From the human T2T-CHM13v2.0 reference genome, Homo sapiens, in the NCBI RefSeq assembly GCF_009914755.1, contig NC_060940.1: a DNA stretch of 64,000 nt. One strand, written 5' to 3'. Positions 1-13,844 of the stretch are shown here, piece by piece. Each line of letters starts with the position of its first letter. The first letter of the stretch is position 1. The notes below the pieces were generated by a model. The model searched no databases. It saw nothing but the letters and a program-made list of their open reading frames with translations, and was not told the DNA's origin. The translations under genes were made by a program, and so were the position numbers.

Positions 1-330
1 CACTAACAGAAGCCTGGGGTTGCAAAGCGGACCATGCAGCTGAAGGTCTCTGAGCCATTGACCTCAGCTTTGTCACATGGCTTGAGTTAAGGTGAAGAAG
101 GTCTGCTCTCTGGGGTTCGGCTATCAGCCTTAATGACAATCTTTAAGTCAGCAATTCCTGGTAGCAAGAGTCACCCAGGCAAACCTTCCTGGCATCCAAC
201 ATCAGCCTCCGCTTGCCTCTGCTTGACCTTGATTCCAGCTCTGGTGTTTTATGCTGGCCCTGCTTAGGTTTTCGTTTTGTAACTTGTTTGGCCTATATTT
301 ACCCTATGTTCTATGTTTCTTTGGAGGTAT

Positions 331-1340
331 GAAAAATAATCACATACCATACAATTTAAGCATTTAAAGAGCATAACTCACTAGTTTGTTTAGTGTGTAC
401 TCGGAATTGTGTAACAATCCCTACGACCAATTTAGAATCTTTTCATAACCCTCAAGAGAAATCTCTTACCGTTAACTACCACCCCATAATACCCTCATCC
501 TTTTCCCCCAGCCCTGGGGAATAACTAATCTGCTTTCTGTCTCGATAGATTTGCCTTTTCTGGATATGTCATATAAATAGGATCATATAATATGTGGCCT
601 TTTGCGACTGGCTTCTTTCACTTAGTGTAATGCTTTTCTGGTTCATCCATGTTGTAGCATGTACCAGTACTTTATTCTTTTTTGCAGCTGAATAATATTC
701 CATTTTCTAAATACATCAGATTGTTTTTTTTTAAAAAAAAAATCCATTATTTTAGGGTCAGGGGTACACGTACAAGTTTGTTATATAGGTAAACTCGTGT
801 CAGTGGGGTTTGTTGTAAAGATTATTTTGTCATTCAGGTACTAAGCCCAGTACCCAACAGTTATTTTTTCTGATCCTCTCCCTTTTCCCACCCTCAAGTA
901 GGTCTCAGTGCCTGTTGGTCCCTTCTTTGTACCTATGCGTTCTCATCATAGTTCCCATGTATAAGTGACAACACGCAGGATATACCAGATTTTATTTATC
1001 TATTCATTTGTTGATGGACAATTAGGTTGTTGTTACTTTTCAACTATTATAAACGGTGCTGCTATGAACATTTGTGTATATATTTTTGTGTGGCTGTGTT
1101 TTCATTTCTCTTGGGTACAGACCTAATAGTGCAGTTGCTGGGCCATAGGGTAACTCTATGTTTAACTTTTTGAGGAGCTGCCACAGTATTTTCTAAAGTG
1201 GCTGAACCGTTTGACAATCCCATCAGCAATGTGAGGGGTCCATTTTTTCCACATCCTTGCTAATACTTCTCATTGTCTGTCTTAATCACAGCCATCTTAG
1301 TGGCCGTGGAGTGGTGTCTCATTGGGACATGATTGGAATT
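331..1340 (-). mobile_element. L1MB-type LINE-1 3' end, interrupted by a younger L1PA
   Basis: Antisense L1M 3' UTR motifs (ctaatctgctttctgtctc..gatttgcc, gttcatccatgttgtagcatgt, gctgctatgaacatt). Resumes in register at 980. Confidence 0.85.
723..979 (-). mobile_element. L1PA15/16-like 3' fragment nested in L1MB
   Basis: T-rich tail then ggggtacacgtacaagtttgttatataggtaaactcgtg. Degenerate TSD atacatcagatt (711-722) / atataccagatt (980-991). Confidence 0.85.
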
Positions 1341-1797
1341 TGAGCATCCCTTGAAATTTGAATTTTCATGTGGACAGCGCCCAGGCCTCCTTTGTCTGGC
1401 ACCCCATCTCTCTACATCTTGCCCAGTGCCCAGCTCATAGTAGTAAATGCTCAAGTCCTGTGTGGATTAGATGAAGGATGTGGTTTTCCATATTTGCTGT
1501 TCCCAGTGACACTCTATCTGGGCTCCTGCCTCAGAAGTAGGATTTTTTGCTTTCTATCCCTGATCTCCTTTTACCATCTGAATACCCACCCTAACTTTTG
1601 GCTTCACATTTCTGCGTAAAGATGACCATTCCTTCCTTGAAGTCCAAGTGAGCTCAGTTATTTAGGAGAGAGTATGCTTCAAATGTCCCTAATGCTCCAC
1701 AAAAGCCCAGTAAAGCTCTCACATGAGTTCTTCTAGCTCAGTGCCTGGCCCACAGATGTTGCCAAGAAATGCTGCCTTCCTTCTTCTCTATTGCTTG

Positions 1798-2304
1798 TGT
1801 ATTGTTTCCTGTAGCTGCAGTAACATTACCACAGGCTGTTGGTGGCTTAAAACAGCCTAAATGTATTACCTTACAGGTATCTAGGTCAGAAATCCAAAAT
1901 GAGTCTCACTGGACTAAAATCAAGATGTTGGCAGGGCTTTGTTCCTTCTGGAGGCTCTAGGAGAGAGTCTGTTTCCTTTCCTTCTTCCCCTTCAAGAAGC
2001 TACTGAGATTCCTTGGCTTGTGGCCCCTTCCTCCATCTTGAAAGCCAGCAGCATTATGTCTCATAGATCCTGCTTTTGTAGTCACATCTCCTCTGATGCT
2101 CTTTCTCTTCCACTTTTAAGGACCCTTGTGATTACATTAGGTTCACCCAGACAACCCAAGATAATCTCTTAGTTTAAGATCTGCTGATTAGCAACCTTAA
2201 TTCCATTTGCAGCCTTAATTCTCCTCTGCCATATAACATCATATATTCACAGGTTCTTAGGATTCATATGTGAACATCTTTAGGAGGTATTTTCTGTATG
2301 GCAC
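1798..2304 (-). mobile_element. MLT1D-like MaLR solo LTR
   Basis: tggcttaaaaca, ggactaaaatcaagatgttggcagggc, aaggacccttgtgattacatt, gattagcaaccttaattcca. Confidence 0.85.
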
Positions 2305-3134
2305 CTAACTTTCCTTTTTTCTTCCTCACTCTCCTTCCTTCCCTCCCTTTCTTCCTTCCCACCTGCACCACTACATTTTAATAGGGGAAGAAACTGAACA
2401 GACTGTCACTTTACCAAGCATGCAGGCAGGTCAGTGGCAGTTCCAGGGTAATTACTGAAATGCCAAAGGCAGTAGAAGCTGTCTGTCAAAATCGGCCTTG
2501 TAACTTGTAGGTCTTTCAGGGTATATATTTTAATGGGACTTTAACTTCACAAGGTTTATTTCTTTGAGAATATTATGAATTTGCAAATTATAGAATGCAA
2601 TTCCTTCATCCTTTAATCAGAACCATTCAAAAGGCATGTTATTCAGGCATCATACACAAAGAGGATAAATTACTGGGTGGCAGAATTGCATCCTGGAATT
2701 GGGAAGAAAGCAGAGGGAAGAGCCCGAGGCAGAGAGTCCTTTAGTACTGTGAACTTCACTCCAGCCCCTGAGTGGAGGCTGACGGGATCCTCAGGGAAAG
2801 GGCTTAGGACTGGGATAAACCTGGAGAAACAAAATCTGGAAGGTGAATGGGAGAAGGGAATGGGAAGATAATGGAGTCACAAAGCAATCTAAACTTTTTA
2901 AAATTTTTCCATAAACACATTTGAATGATGACAGATGAAAGTAATTTTATTCATTCAACTACTCTTTACTTGGGATGTGCAGTTTGCATATGTGATGGGT
3001 GTGGGGCAAGAAGATTGTGAAGGCAAAAAACACAAGACAATACCCTTATTTTAAATGAGTGAATACTAACATGATCGCACCCTCGTGCGCCACAGTGCCT
3101 GCAAGGGCATGATGATGTCATGCGTCGTGTGTGC

Positions 3135-3553
3135 TTCTACTTTCCTGGCCATCCAGTACCCAATTCCTCCTCCAGGTTTTGAGTATTGGTGGCACTTGGT
3201 ACCCTGCCTTCTAATATAGAAGCTACAGTAGGGAGATTCTCTGGAAGCAGAGTGCCCTAGGCTTGGTCATTCAGGATTGAATGGGGCCTGCAAAAAGCGA
3301 CAGTGAGGATTCATTGATGCCAGCTGCAGCAGAACCTGGTAGCAAAGTAGTGACATCTTGGTCGGGCCTGTGTGTCAGAAGATGCTGCCTCTTGGTCCTC
3401 TGAGACTCTCTTCGTTCTTGACCATTTTCTAAGTTGGGTTCTCCATCTTCTCATCCATCTTGTGAACCCCAATTCCTCCTTTAAATGATGTCTCTGCTTA
3501 ACATAGCAAAATCTGTTTTCTGTTGCTTGCAACTTAGAACGCTGGCAGGTATC
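3135..3553 (+). mobile_element. Old ERVL LTR (LTR33/LTR16-like)
   Basis: Characteristic 3' end tttctgttgcttgcaacttagaac..atca. The 5' boundary is approximate. Confidence 0.6.
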
Positions 3554-4759
3554 ACTGTTTATTAATCAGGAGAAAACAAACTTAGTGGTAGCTGATAATG
3601 CAGCCACTATCCTGGAACTCCAGGCATTAGGGCTTAGGGACCAGCATTTCCCTCTGCCAGGAAGGGGCTTCTTATCTCCCTTTCTTTCTTCCCTAACACT
3701 TCTCCAGTTCACTGATAGAACATCCAGCACATTAACCCATAATTTTAGTAAATATTAAATATATCAAGGGCCTGTTTTGGGTCAGGTGACTGCTGCAGGT
3801 AAAACAGTGTGCATACCTTTGTTTTGGTCCCCACCACCCCCTTACCTCCCATCGGCTGCTGACACCTTAGTCATAGACCCCTGCCAGCCTCTGCATCCTC
3901 AGCAGCCTGAGCTTCCCTTTCACATCAGAAAACTCAGCTGGGGGCCTGAAAAAGAATAACCACAAGCCTCAGGTAGACCCAGGCTGGTTTCCTTCCCAAC
4001 GCCACCCTCAGATTCATTATTAAATGATGCTGTGGACTCCAGGGAGCCCATGTCTCTAAACGCCACCTGATTTCCTCAGAAATGCACCTGGCCACCTAGG
4101 AGTAGGTAGGTGGAACTAGAAATCAGAAAATGATTGTTTCCCTAGTCTGAAGAAAGCACCCCACAGTGTGATTTTCTCAAGAGAAAGTGCTTGCTATGTG
4201 CCCTGAGTGTTTTAAGGCAGGCTGGCTGTTTTTGGAAGCCACCCACTTTCCTTCATTTTTGTCTTCACTACCCTAATCTGAACAACCACCCTCTTGCATG
4301 ACATTCTGCAATTATCCCTACCTGAAAGCCCCCTCTCCACATCCCATCAACAGCCAGAATGTTTCCAAAGTGGAAACCAGCTATGAGGAATCCCTGTCCC
4401 CACTCTGGTAAATGTTCCCCATGACTCCTAGATGGAGCTACAAGGAGCATCAGTACCTTTCACCTGCAGGGCATGAGGGTCAGGTACTTACCCACTAGTC
4501 TGGTCTGAGTCCTACTTTTCTCTGCTCTTGGGAAGTGCTTCCTTCTCCCTCCTCCCTCCTTCTCCTCCTCTGCAGTTATATCTCTGGTCAGTTCCCAAAT
4601 CTCTTTACAACAGGCTCTCATCCCACTTACCCTAGTGTTGATTTTATTTGTGTGGATGTGGTTCTTCCATTAACTTGCATCTCCCCTGTGAGCCGCATGA
4701 GGACAGGGAGGTTCTGTCTCATTTTTCTGCCCTTCTAACAGAAAATTCGAACTATGGGC

Positions 4760-5722
4760 CTACATTTACCCTTCCTCCTACTCTAATAACTGAGCCATGA
4801 ATTTTCTCAGAGCAGCAACATGCTCAGCTTTCTGAGAGACCACATTTCTTAGCGTCTTTTGCAGCTAAATGGGACCAGGTGAGGAAGTTCAGGATGTAAA
4901 TTACAGCCTGGAGCACATGGCAAGTCCACCTGACGGGAAATGACTCCAGTGGAAGAAGGCCCTTTTGTCTTTTTCACTGCTTGGGCTGTCGACATGATGG
5001 CTAAAACTTGAGCACCCATCATTATGATATAGGAGTTAAGAAGAAATTACTTAGGCAGATAGTGGGGGTATGAGAATCCTCAGTAAGGTTTTCCTTTTAA
5101 GGAAAAGCAGCCCCAACTCATTTTCATTTCTAGCAAAGAGCAGCCTGTAGAATAGAGCTGCAGACATAGATGCCAGCAATTGTGCCAGTCATGTTCAAAA
5201 TGGCAGCACCATCTTCCCTTCTCTTTCTCATCCACGTGTACAGTAAGGAACAGACAAGATGGCACTGGTCAACGGGAGAGTTCATTTGCATAATAAGTTT
5301 AGGGTGGGGCAGCCAGCCTTCCTCAAGTGCTATGTAAATGTCATACCTGATCGAACCAATCTGTGAACCCTATGTAAATCAGACATTGCCTCCTCAAACC
5401 TGACTGTAAAATCTGGCGCATCCGCCACCCACCAGTCCTTTCTGCTTGGAGACTCCTCTCTCTCCATAGAGAGAACTGTTTCTCTTTCTCTTCTCTTCTG
5501 CCTATTAAACCTCCACTCCTAAACTCCTCATGTGTGTCTGTGTCCTAAATTTTCCCGGTGTGAGGCAACGAACCCCAGGGTATATACCTCAGACAATGTA
5601 GCCACTTTAATTAAACCATGAAGTGAAGCTGTAGGTTGATGGAGCATCAAGATACAAGGAAGCTGAGTCCCTGATGACCATGGAGTTCCCCATCAAATCT
5701 GGACGGCTTGACTTCAGGCTTT
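4760..5722 (+). mobile_element. MLT1J/I-like MaLR LTR split by an ERV1 LTR
   Basis: cacatttcttagcgtcttttgcagcta..gatggctaaaacttgagcacccatc | aaccatgaag..gagtccctgatgacc. The halves join after removing 5025-5613. Confidence 0.65.
5025..5609 (+). mobile_element. ERV1 solo LTR (LTR9/MER61-like)
   Basis: Starts TGATATAGGAGTTAAGAAGAAATTACTTAGGCAGATAGTG, has an ATTAAA polyA signal near 5505, and a 4-bp TSD ATTA at 5021-5024 and 5610-5613. Confidence 0.85.
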
Positions 5723-5724
5723 TT

Positions 5725-7690
5725 AAAAAATCATTTTCATTGTTTCTTCACCATACAAAATGTATTCAAATCACATCCATTTGAAGTGGTAAGATCATAG
5801 CTAGCGAAAAAGTTACCTTGTAAGAAATTTATTTATAAAACACTTCATGAGAGTTTTTTCTTTTATATTTCATTATCTTCCCTGATTAAAGGAGCATACA
5901 ACACAAAGCTAAACTTATTAGTATTTTGCCTACTCTTAGTTTAGAGAGAAATAATTTTCTTATTTAAAATTATGCACCCAATAGGGGAAAAAAAATCTCA
6001 TAACGTGACAATTGTCCTCTGAATTCCTCTCTGTATGAGTCTGTTTTTATACGGCTATAAAGAATTGCCCAAGGCTGGGTAATTTAAGAAGGAAAGAGGT
6101 TTAATTGACTCACAGTTCAGCATGGCTAGAGAGGCCTCAGGAAACTTACAATCATGGCAGAAGGCAATGGGGAAGCAAGCACCTTTTTCACAAGGTGGCA
6201 GGAGGGAGAAGCGCCGAGCAAAGGGGGAAGAGCCCCTTATAAAATCATCAGATCTCATGAGAACTCACTCACTATCTTAAGTCAATTAAACTACTGTGAG
6301 AACAGCATGGGGGTAACCACCCTCATGACCCAATCACCTCCCACCCAGTCTTTCCTTTGCATGTGGGGATTATGGGAATTACAATTCTAGGTGAGATTCA
6401 GGTGCAGACACAAAACCTAGCCATATCACTCTTTAAGCATCTTTCTTCAAATTTCTCCTCTTATACGTGCCAGTTGTCATGTACAAACTTAGTTCGTACT
6501 TCCTTTTCCCAGAAAGGCAAGGTTTTAAATACTCCAGCTTCATGTACAGATCTACTTTATGTACATTCATACTTAAAATAGAAGTAAAAAAAGAGAACTG
6601 CAACCAATCATAAAAACAAAATACAATCTCAAAAAAAAAAAAAAATACAAACCCACTAGAAAATAGCCTGGCAGTGTTTAAACACTAATTGCTATTTTTG
6701 TAGAAAATTGTTAGATAATAAAATGTGAGTAGACTACATACCAATGTAAATAAATCCATTGCTCTGCACAGCTGGTAGGAGTAAACACACATCTCACACT
6801 GTTTGACAGCTCACGTGTTATAATTTACATGGTTTATACTCTCAGGGTCATTCTATCATAATTCCCAACTACTAACTTTTAGCCATTTCATATGTGATCT
6901 GTAAGAGCAACAACTCCACAGTATGGACACTTACTGCACATTTAGTACTTAAAGTAATACAAATACTGTAGTACTACCCACTTTGCATGCCAGACGATAT
7001 GATAAAAATAAAATGACAAATGCAAGCAGAATCTGGAATGGAGCATCTAACTAATGGGCATTTGTTAAGCATATTTGCTGGGAATATCTTTTGCATAAAG
7101 GAACTTTTGAGACTTACTAGGCTTCCTCTGATTTTCAAAACAATACATTGGGAATTTCATTACCAAAAGATTTAATGAGACATTAAATAAAACACACAAC
7201 AGCTGATCCAGGTGAACTCATTCATTAAACTTTGGAAAAAGTCTGTTTTGTGCAGCTGGCAAAGAGAATGACACAAAGCTGGAAGAAGAAACAGCTAACC
7301 AGATGAGGTCAATATGGAAAATGAGGAAAAGCTGGGCATAAAATGTTTCCAATACAGGGAAGAAAACCCCACAGTGCATTTTCAGGGGGCACTTAATACA
7401 AAAGTCTCCCTCCCTTCCCACTCTGGTGTTTCATCTCAGACCACCCCAATATTTTGTACAAGTCTAGTGTGTGTGAGCGGAGGTAGGTGAGGATGGAGGC
7501 TGAAGCAAAAGGAAGATAATCCTATGTTTGGGTTTTTTCCCAAACATCTGCCCAGGCATACCTGCCCAAATTGTTTAAAGTGCTGGTACTATTGTTTTGA
7601 TCCCACCAGCCCTTGGCCTGTTGTGTGAATCTATCTGTAGCAAACTGCTGGGGCTGCTTCTCTTTTGTTGTTGCTGTTGTTGTTTTCCCT
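5725..7690 (-). pseudogene. Possible 3'UTR-derived processed (retro)copy, parent unidentified
   Basis: Unique U-rich minus-strand sequence with mRNA 3'UTR character that abuts a truncated MLT1. AATGAA lies 11 nt before a short A-run. No TSD or CDS found. Confidence 0.35.
6032..6428 (-). mobile_element. THE1D/THE1C solo LTR
   Basis: gaggtttaattgactcacagttc, ggcctcaggaaacttacaatcatggcagaagg, ends ccatatca. 5-bp TSD ctctc/ctctt. Confidence 0.92.
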
Positions 7691-9074
7691 TAATAGATAT
7701 TTTCAATTCCATTAACCACACATTAATCTGGTGTCTACTATGTGCCTAGCATGGTTTCTGACACAAAATATTTCAGTCTAACAATTCCTTTTGTGTTTTC
7801 TTTTTATGAAATTCCTCCTACCATTCCCACAGGGAATGGATCATCTGGGGAATGGATCTTGAGGTGCTACAGAGCAAAACTAGACAGATTTCCAGTGACA
7901 GACATCCATTATCACCTCCCAGTGGGAAGGTTATTCTTGGGATGTTACTTGTAGGATTTTCAGCTGACATGAAACCTCCAAGTTGGGAGACTTTCCTGAA
8001 CAGTAAATCAGGGGACACCCTGGCATGACATTAATTCATTTTCTAGGCTCTGACTTCCCTTGGTTCCACATACTCCACAGATGAAGAAGAAACTGTCCTG
8101 GCCAGGACTATTGCAGCTATCAAGACAGTTGTAGCCCCTCTTCCTACTAGCTTAAGTGAATGCTATTACAGTCTCATGGACTTGGGACACGTTTATCCTT
8201 AGAAGATTCTCATTTGCCCCCATCCTGAGACTTTCCCCAGAGTACAGTATAGAAGGATCCTTTCTGCTGTCATAGGGGCCTGAGAAGTTCAAGGATAAAG
8301 GAATCCCTACCTGCTGCTCCGTGGTACTGCTCTCTCATCTGACATCATTCTCTTTTCAAATGGGTCCTTCTAATGAGGGAACTCTAGAACTCCCCTCCAG
8401 AGAAAGGAGCGAGATGGGACAAAACTTCTCTCAAAGGCTGCTAAAACCTAGATCACTGAGGCTTCACTCTGTGCCTAGCACGGGGGCAGAGGTGGGAAGA
8501 GTAAGCAGGGCGTGGACCCCATGGAGCTCAGGGTTAAAGGGAATTTAGATGGAAAAAAAGAGAGACTGATGTTGGAGGGGGGGGCCGTGGGATACCTGGG
8601 GGAACCAGAGGTTTATTTTAGATAGTCTGGTGGGGAGAAGTTCTCTCACCTCACCCTGGACTCAGCTTGACTAATTTGAACTAGCAAAAACTGTTGAAAT
8701 AAACAAATTAATGGTAATGGGTACCATATAAATGCTTAAACGCTGGCTTTTAAAAAAAGGAAGAAAGAAAGGAAAAGTAACGTTTAAACCATCTACAAAG
8801 AGCTCCTAAGTAGGCATTTGCTACAAAAACAATTTAAACCTAGCAATACATTGGAAGCAGGGAGTGGGTGGTTTATGGAGACACAAAAATCCACAACAGC
8901 TTAAAGTGAGAATACTCCATTATATTTCTTCTGTATTTGCAACAAATATTTGAAAATAATTTCCTCAAATAGAAATCTCTGGAGATTCTCTTGACCTAGT
9001 GTGAGACAATACATAGCTTAAACTGAAGCATATATGTAACTTAAATATAAATAAAAATAATTAGATTAGGTATA

Positions 9075-9718
9075 AATTAAATCTTCATTTTTTTATAGTT
9101 TCCAAATTTGCAAATTTGTCTCCTTGCTATAATTTGTTTGTAATCTCAAAAGCAATACTTGTGGCTTTTCATGGCCATTGGTGGACATGCACAAGGCCGT
9201 GACAAATTTGAGTACTCTGACACACATGTTCCCAGCTGAGGTTGCACAGGGCCATGTTCTGCCTTCTTGTTTCAGCTCTCAAACTTGCAAACAAGTTTCT
9301 TTTTTGCCATCTATTTCCTCCCGTGTTTTTCATATTTTTGTGTTTTTAGTTGGTGATTTAAAATTAACCCCACGTGTAGCACTAAAGCACTATGTAGTGT
9401 TCCTAAGCACAGAAGGCTGTGATGTGCCCTGTGGAGAAAATACATGTGAGATAAGCTTCCTTCAGCCATGAGTTAGAGCACTGTAGGCTGTGAGTTCAAT
9501 GTTAATGAGTCCAAAACATATACTAAATAAGGTATCTCTGAACAACAACAGACACAAAACAAGGCTATAAATTGGTGGGTTGACAAAAGTGCTGCGAGCA
9601 GAGGTTTGCAGGAAACCCTCTATTTTTTCCAAGAGCAATGGCTCAGTATTCCCTAATTCAATTCAGCGTTGTTGTGATGCCATAGATCATAGCTACAGCA
9701 GGTAGCGAGAACCAACTG
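9075..9718 (+). mobile_element. MER82 (TcMar-Tigger) DNA transposon
   Basis: gttcccagctgaggtt..ctgccttcttgtttcagctctca, gtgagttcaatgttaatga, ends gagaaccaactg. Confidence 0.85.
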
Positions 9719-12700
9719 TGTTCCTAGGGAGAACTAGAGAAAAGGATTTCATGCTTTTGCAGGAGTCCAAATTGGTCTTTCCTGTAGTTCTATCTCATAT
9801 TAACAGACCCCAAAGATGGGTTTCTCTGGAGCAGATGTGGCTGGAACTGTCATTAGGAAGTTTAGCCCTATTGTACAGCCCATCCCTCAGACACAGCAAG
9901 CCCCCCCAGGATGGAGGTAAAGCACACGTGTGAGATGCCTGATTGCTCATCTTTGACTTGCTGAGTCATCCATGAGATCTTTGAGCGTGGGACAAAGTAA
10001 GGCTTTCCCAAGGGAGCCTGCAACTGTGCATTTAGACAGTGTTTGGTTTGTTTGTTTTGTCTTTATGAAGAAAACCATTCATTAAAATGTCCGAGTTGTT
10101 CTCAAGTTTGTAGTTTACTTCATGATAATATCTTGGAGGAAGAAGGGACAACATTGCCTTACAGATGTTCTGGCTCCATGATTTACAAAATACCAGTTTA
10201 TGAGGAGAATTCACACAAAGCCTAATCAACTGCACATGGCTTCCACCAATGAGAGCATGTCTAGAAAATAAGCATCAAATCTCAGGAACATGGGGCTCTT
10301 TATGCTCCATGAACCATCCAAAGGATCTAAATGAGAACAGAGCTGGAGCAGAGAACAAAGCTTTAATCTGGAGATGGCAAACACCTCCCATCTTGTGGGC
10401 CAACTGGGATTGATTGGTACTTATTACAGGGAAAGGGTGTTGAGAAGGAGTCTGATGCCAAATCCACGTTCACTGGTGGCGTGCCATGCCGCATGCCATG
10501 ATTGATTAGTGCTGTCGGCTGAGGGTGAGGAGCAGGGAGCATATAGACTGTGCATTCACCTTCCACAAAGTTAAAGCAGTCAAGTTTCAGCAGAAGAATC
10601 CCTCTCTCCCTATACCTAATAAGATCATGTCTGATTTGGTGATCTCTCTCAAAGCCATGCTGAACACATTGCCGCATATGGAGTAACAGCTCAATAAATC
10701 ATTGCCCAATATAGATATGTAGATATGCATCAGGGAATATGTAAGGGGAATGAGGGGAAGAAGGCAAGTCTTTCAGTCCTCTGAAGTAGGGTTGGAAGAA
10801 TAGTTTGAGGCCACAAAGTCTTCCAATTTGGCTTGAAGTCCAACTCCATAGGTAGCAGCCTCCCTTGCCTTCACCTAAAGCCAATTAAAGATGCAAAATG
10901 TTGCAGCTGTCACCAGCACCACTCTTGAGGAACAAGGTGAGCTGTTAGAAGCCAGAGACTCAGCAAGATCCAAGCTTGAGAATGAATTTTATGATATTTT
11001 TGAGTTTTAAATACTATAGCTACACATGGGGCACTACATAGAAAGAGTCACCAAATAAAAGGCTTCTCTAAGTGATCTGTGTCCATTTCAGGATCTTATT
11101 AATCAACAGAACTGACTGGTCTCCTTGGGACTGTGTTAAACCTGAATAGGATCAGGTCATCCATCCCTCTTTAGGTCCCCTGCAGGGCTGAAGGTCACAC
11201 CAGTGCTTCTTTCCATGATCTGCTCAGGAGCCACACAGAAGGGATACATGCCTAAACAGCATGGAGACAGGACCCCCAGGGGTGTTGGGGAACACAGCAG
11301 AACTCAAGGACTTATAGCAGGAGGGAAACCCTCTCTCTCTGCCCTTTGAATGGAGTCCAAGCAGTGTTTTCCAGTGTGGTGCACAGATGATTCTTAGAAT
11401 TTTGTTTTAAATTACTTAAAATAATTTCATCCTTTTAAAATGTTTTGCATGTTTTTAATATGCAAGGCATATTACCATAGTGGTAGAATAAAGAAGTGAG
11501 GAGCCCTACCCCCACCAGCCAGTGTGATATCAATGGAGGCCTTAGTGGGGGATGTGAAGTTCCACCCTCCAGTTGTAATGAGGTTCTCCTGCCCTCTCAA
11601 ATGAAGGCAGAGTGGGGAACTCGGACTTTCACCCCCATTTGGCAGTAATGAGTTGGGGTGGTGTCAGAATGTTGTGGTGCCTGCTAAAACAGAAGATTTA
11701 AATAAGAACCAGAGTCTCATGATATAATAGAAACATTTTCAAGATACAATTGAAAATCACCCATCATATCAGGAACTAGGAACATCCTGACTTGAATGAG
11801 AAAAGAAAATTGACAGATGCCAACACCTGCGTGACACATACGTTGGGATTATGTGACAAGAATCTTAAAGCAGCCACTATGAAAATGCTTCAGTGGACAA
11901 TTATGAACATTTTTGAAACAAATGAAAGAATAGAAACTACAGCAAAAAAAAAATGAAATGTCTCAGGGGAAAGAAAACAGAAGTTACAAAGAAGAACCAA
12001 ATGGAATATTCAGAAGTAAATTTCCAGTTTATACAAAACCTGAAATTAAAAGAAAATCTCAGTGGGTGAGCTCAACAGCAGAATGGAGGGAATGGAGGGA
12101 AGAATTAGTGAAGTGAAAGATGGAACAATAAAAATTAGTTAATTGGAAAGGAGTGAAAATAGACTGAAGCAAAATGAATGCAGTCCCAGAGACTTGTGGG
12201 ATTACAACTAAGAGCATGTTGAAGTCACAGCAGGACTAGAGGAAAAGAGTGGCACTGAAAAAATATTTGAAGAAATAAAAGCTGAAAATTTCTCAAATCT
12301 TGCAGAAGACATAAACATCAGATTCCAGAAATGAGCAAACCCCAAGAAATAGAATCCCAAGGAAATCCATGCCAAGACACATCATAGCCAAACTTCTGAA
12401 AACGGAGTCAAAGAAGACTTCTTGAACAGAGCCAGGGAGAAATCATATCTTACCTGCAGGGGAAAAACAATTTGGATGACAGCAGATTTCTTTTCAGGAA
12501 CCATGGAGGCCAAAAAGAAATGCACAGTATTTTTCAAATGGTTAAAGAAGAGATCTGTCAATCCAGAAATTATGTCCCGTGCAAATATCCTTCAGGACTG
12601 AAGGAGAAATCAAGACATTCTAACAGACTTTGTCACTAGCACACCTACCCTAAAAGAATGGTTGAAAGAAATTCCCCAAACAGAAAAGAAATGATAAAAG

Positions 12701-12789
12701 AAGGAATCATGGAACTTCAGTTAGGAAGAAAGAAAACTTAAAGAGTAGAAATGTGAGTAAGTACAGTGGACTTTCCTTTTCCTGTTGAT

Positions 12790-13115
12790 TTTTTTTCTTT
12801 TCTTTTTCTTTTTTTTTTTTTTTTTTTTTTTTGAGACTGACTCTCGCTCTTGTTGTCCTGGCAAGAGTGGAGTGGCATGATCTCAGCTCACTGCAACCTC
12901 CACCTCCTGGGTTCAAGCGATTCTCGTACCTCAGCCTCCCAAGTAGCTGAGATTACAGACACTCGCCACCACGCCCAGCTAATTTTTGTATTTTTAGTAG
13001 AAATGGAGTTTCACCATGTTGGCCAGGCTGGTCTTGAACTCCTGACCTCAAGTGATCCGACAGGCTTGGCTTCTCAAAATGCTGGGATTACAGGCTTGAG
13101 CCACTGCACCTGGCT
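12790..13115 (-). mobile_element. AluSz/Sx
   Basis: Poly-T followed by a full antisense Alu dimer; contains cctcaagtgatcc. Confidence 0.95.
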
Positions 13116-13315
13116 CCCGTTCAGTTTTCTAGATTACATCTGATAGCTGAAGCAAAAATTATAACACTGCCTGTTGTGCTTTTCAATGTATATAGAAGTA
13201 ATATGTAATGTTATATGTGTGCGAGGGTAAAGGGACTTAAAGGGAGGTAAGGTTTTCACATGTCACTTGAACTGGTGCATGCAATACTAGGAGACTGTGA
13301 TAAATTATGTGTGTA

Positions 13316-13650
13316 CAGTTGTTCCTCAGTATCTGTGGGGGGCTTGGTTCCAGGACCCCCTGTGGATACCAGAAATCTTGATGCTGAAGTCCCTGCTATA
13401 AAATAATGTGGTATTGGCATATAACTTATGCTCCTCCTCTGCTATGTTTTTAAATTGCCTCTAGATTACTTATAATACCTAATAAAATGTAAATGCTATG
13501 TAAATAGTTGTTACACTGTATTATTTAGGGAATCATGATAAAAAAAAGTCTGTACGTGTTCATTACAAGCATAATATTTTTTTCCAAATACTTTTTATCC
13601 AGTTTGGTTGAATCCACAGATTCAAATCCATGGATATGAAAGGCCTACTG
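13316..13650 (+). mobile_element. MER2 (Tigger-derived MITE)
   Basis: CAG..CTG termini with TA TSDs (13314-15, 13651-52); ttggttccaggacccc, ctctagattacttataatacctaat. Confidence 0.9.
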
Positions 13651-13844
13651 TATAGTGGCCTTTAGTGGTTAGAGCAACCACTAAAAAACCTATACAAAAC
13701 GATCACGGAAAAACACTACAGGTAAATCAAAGTGGATTTAAAAATGTTCAGGTAACCCACATGAAGGAAAGAGAAAATAGAAATGAAAAATATTAACTTC
13801 TTTTTTTTTTTCAAAAACAAAACAAACAAAAAAGCCAGCAATTT

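Noticed and set aside
10030-10700. Cys-containing short ORFs suggesting a pseudogene
   Set aside because: No family match, polyA tail or TSD.
12850-13143. Alu-derived ORFs (LECSG.., QAGLELLTS..) here and at 22961, 28971, 32940, 41336, 55880, 59714, 60782, 63474
   Set aside because: Standard antisense Alu translations, not genes.
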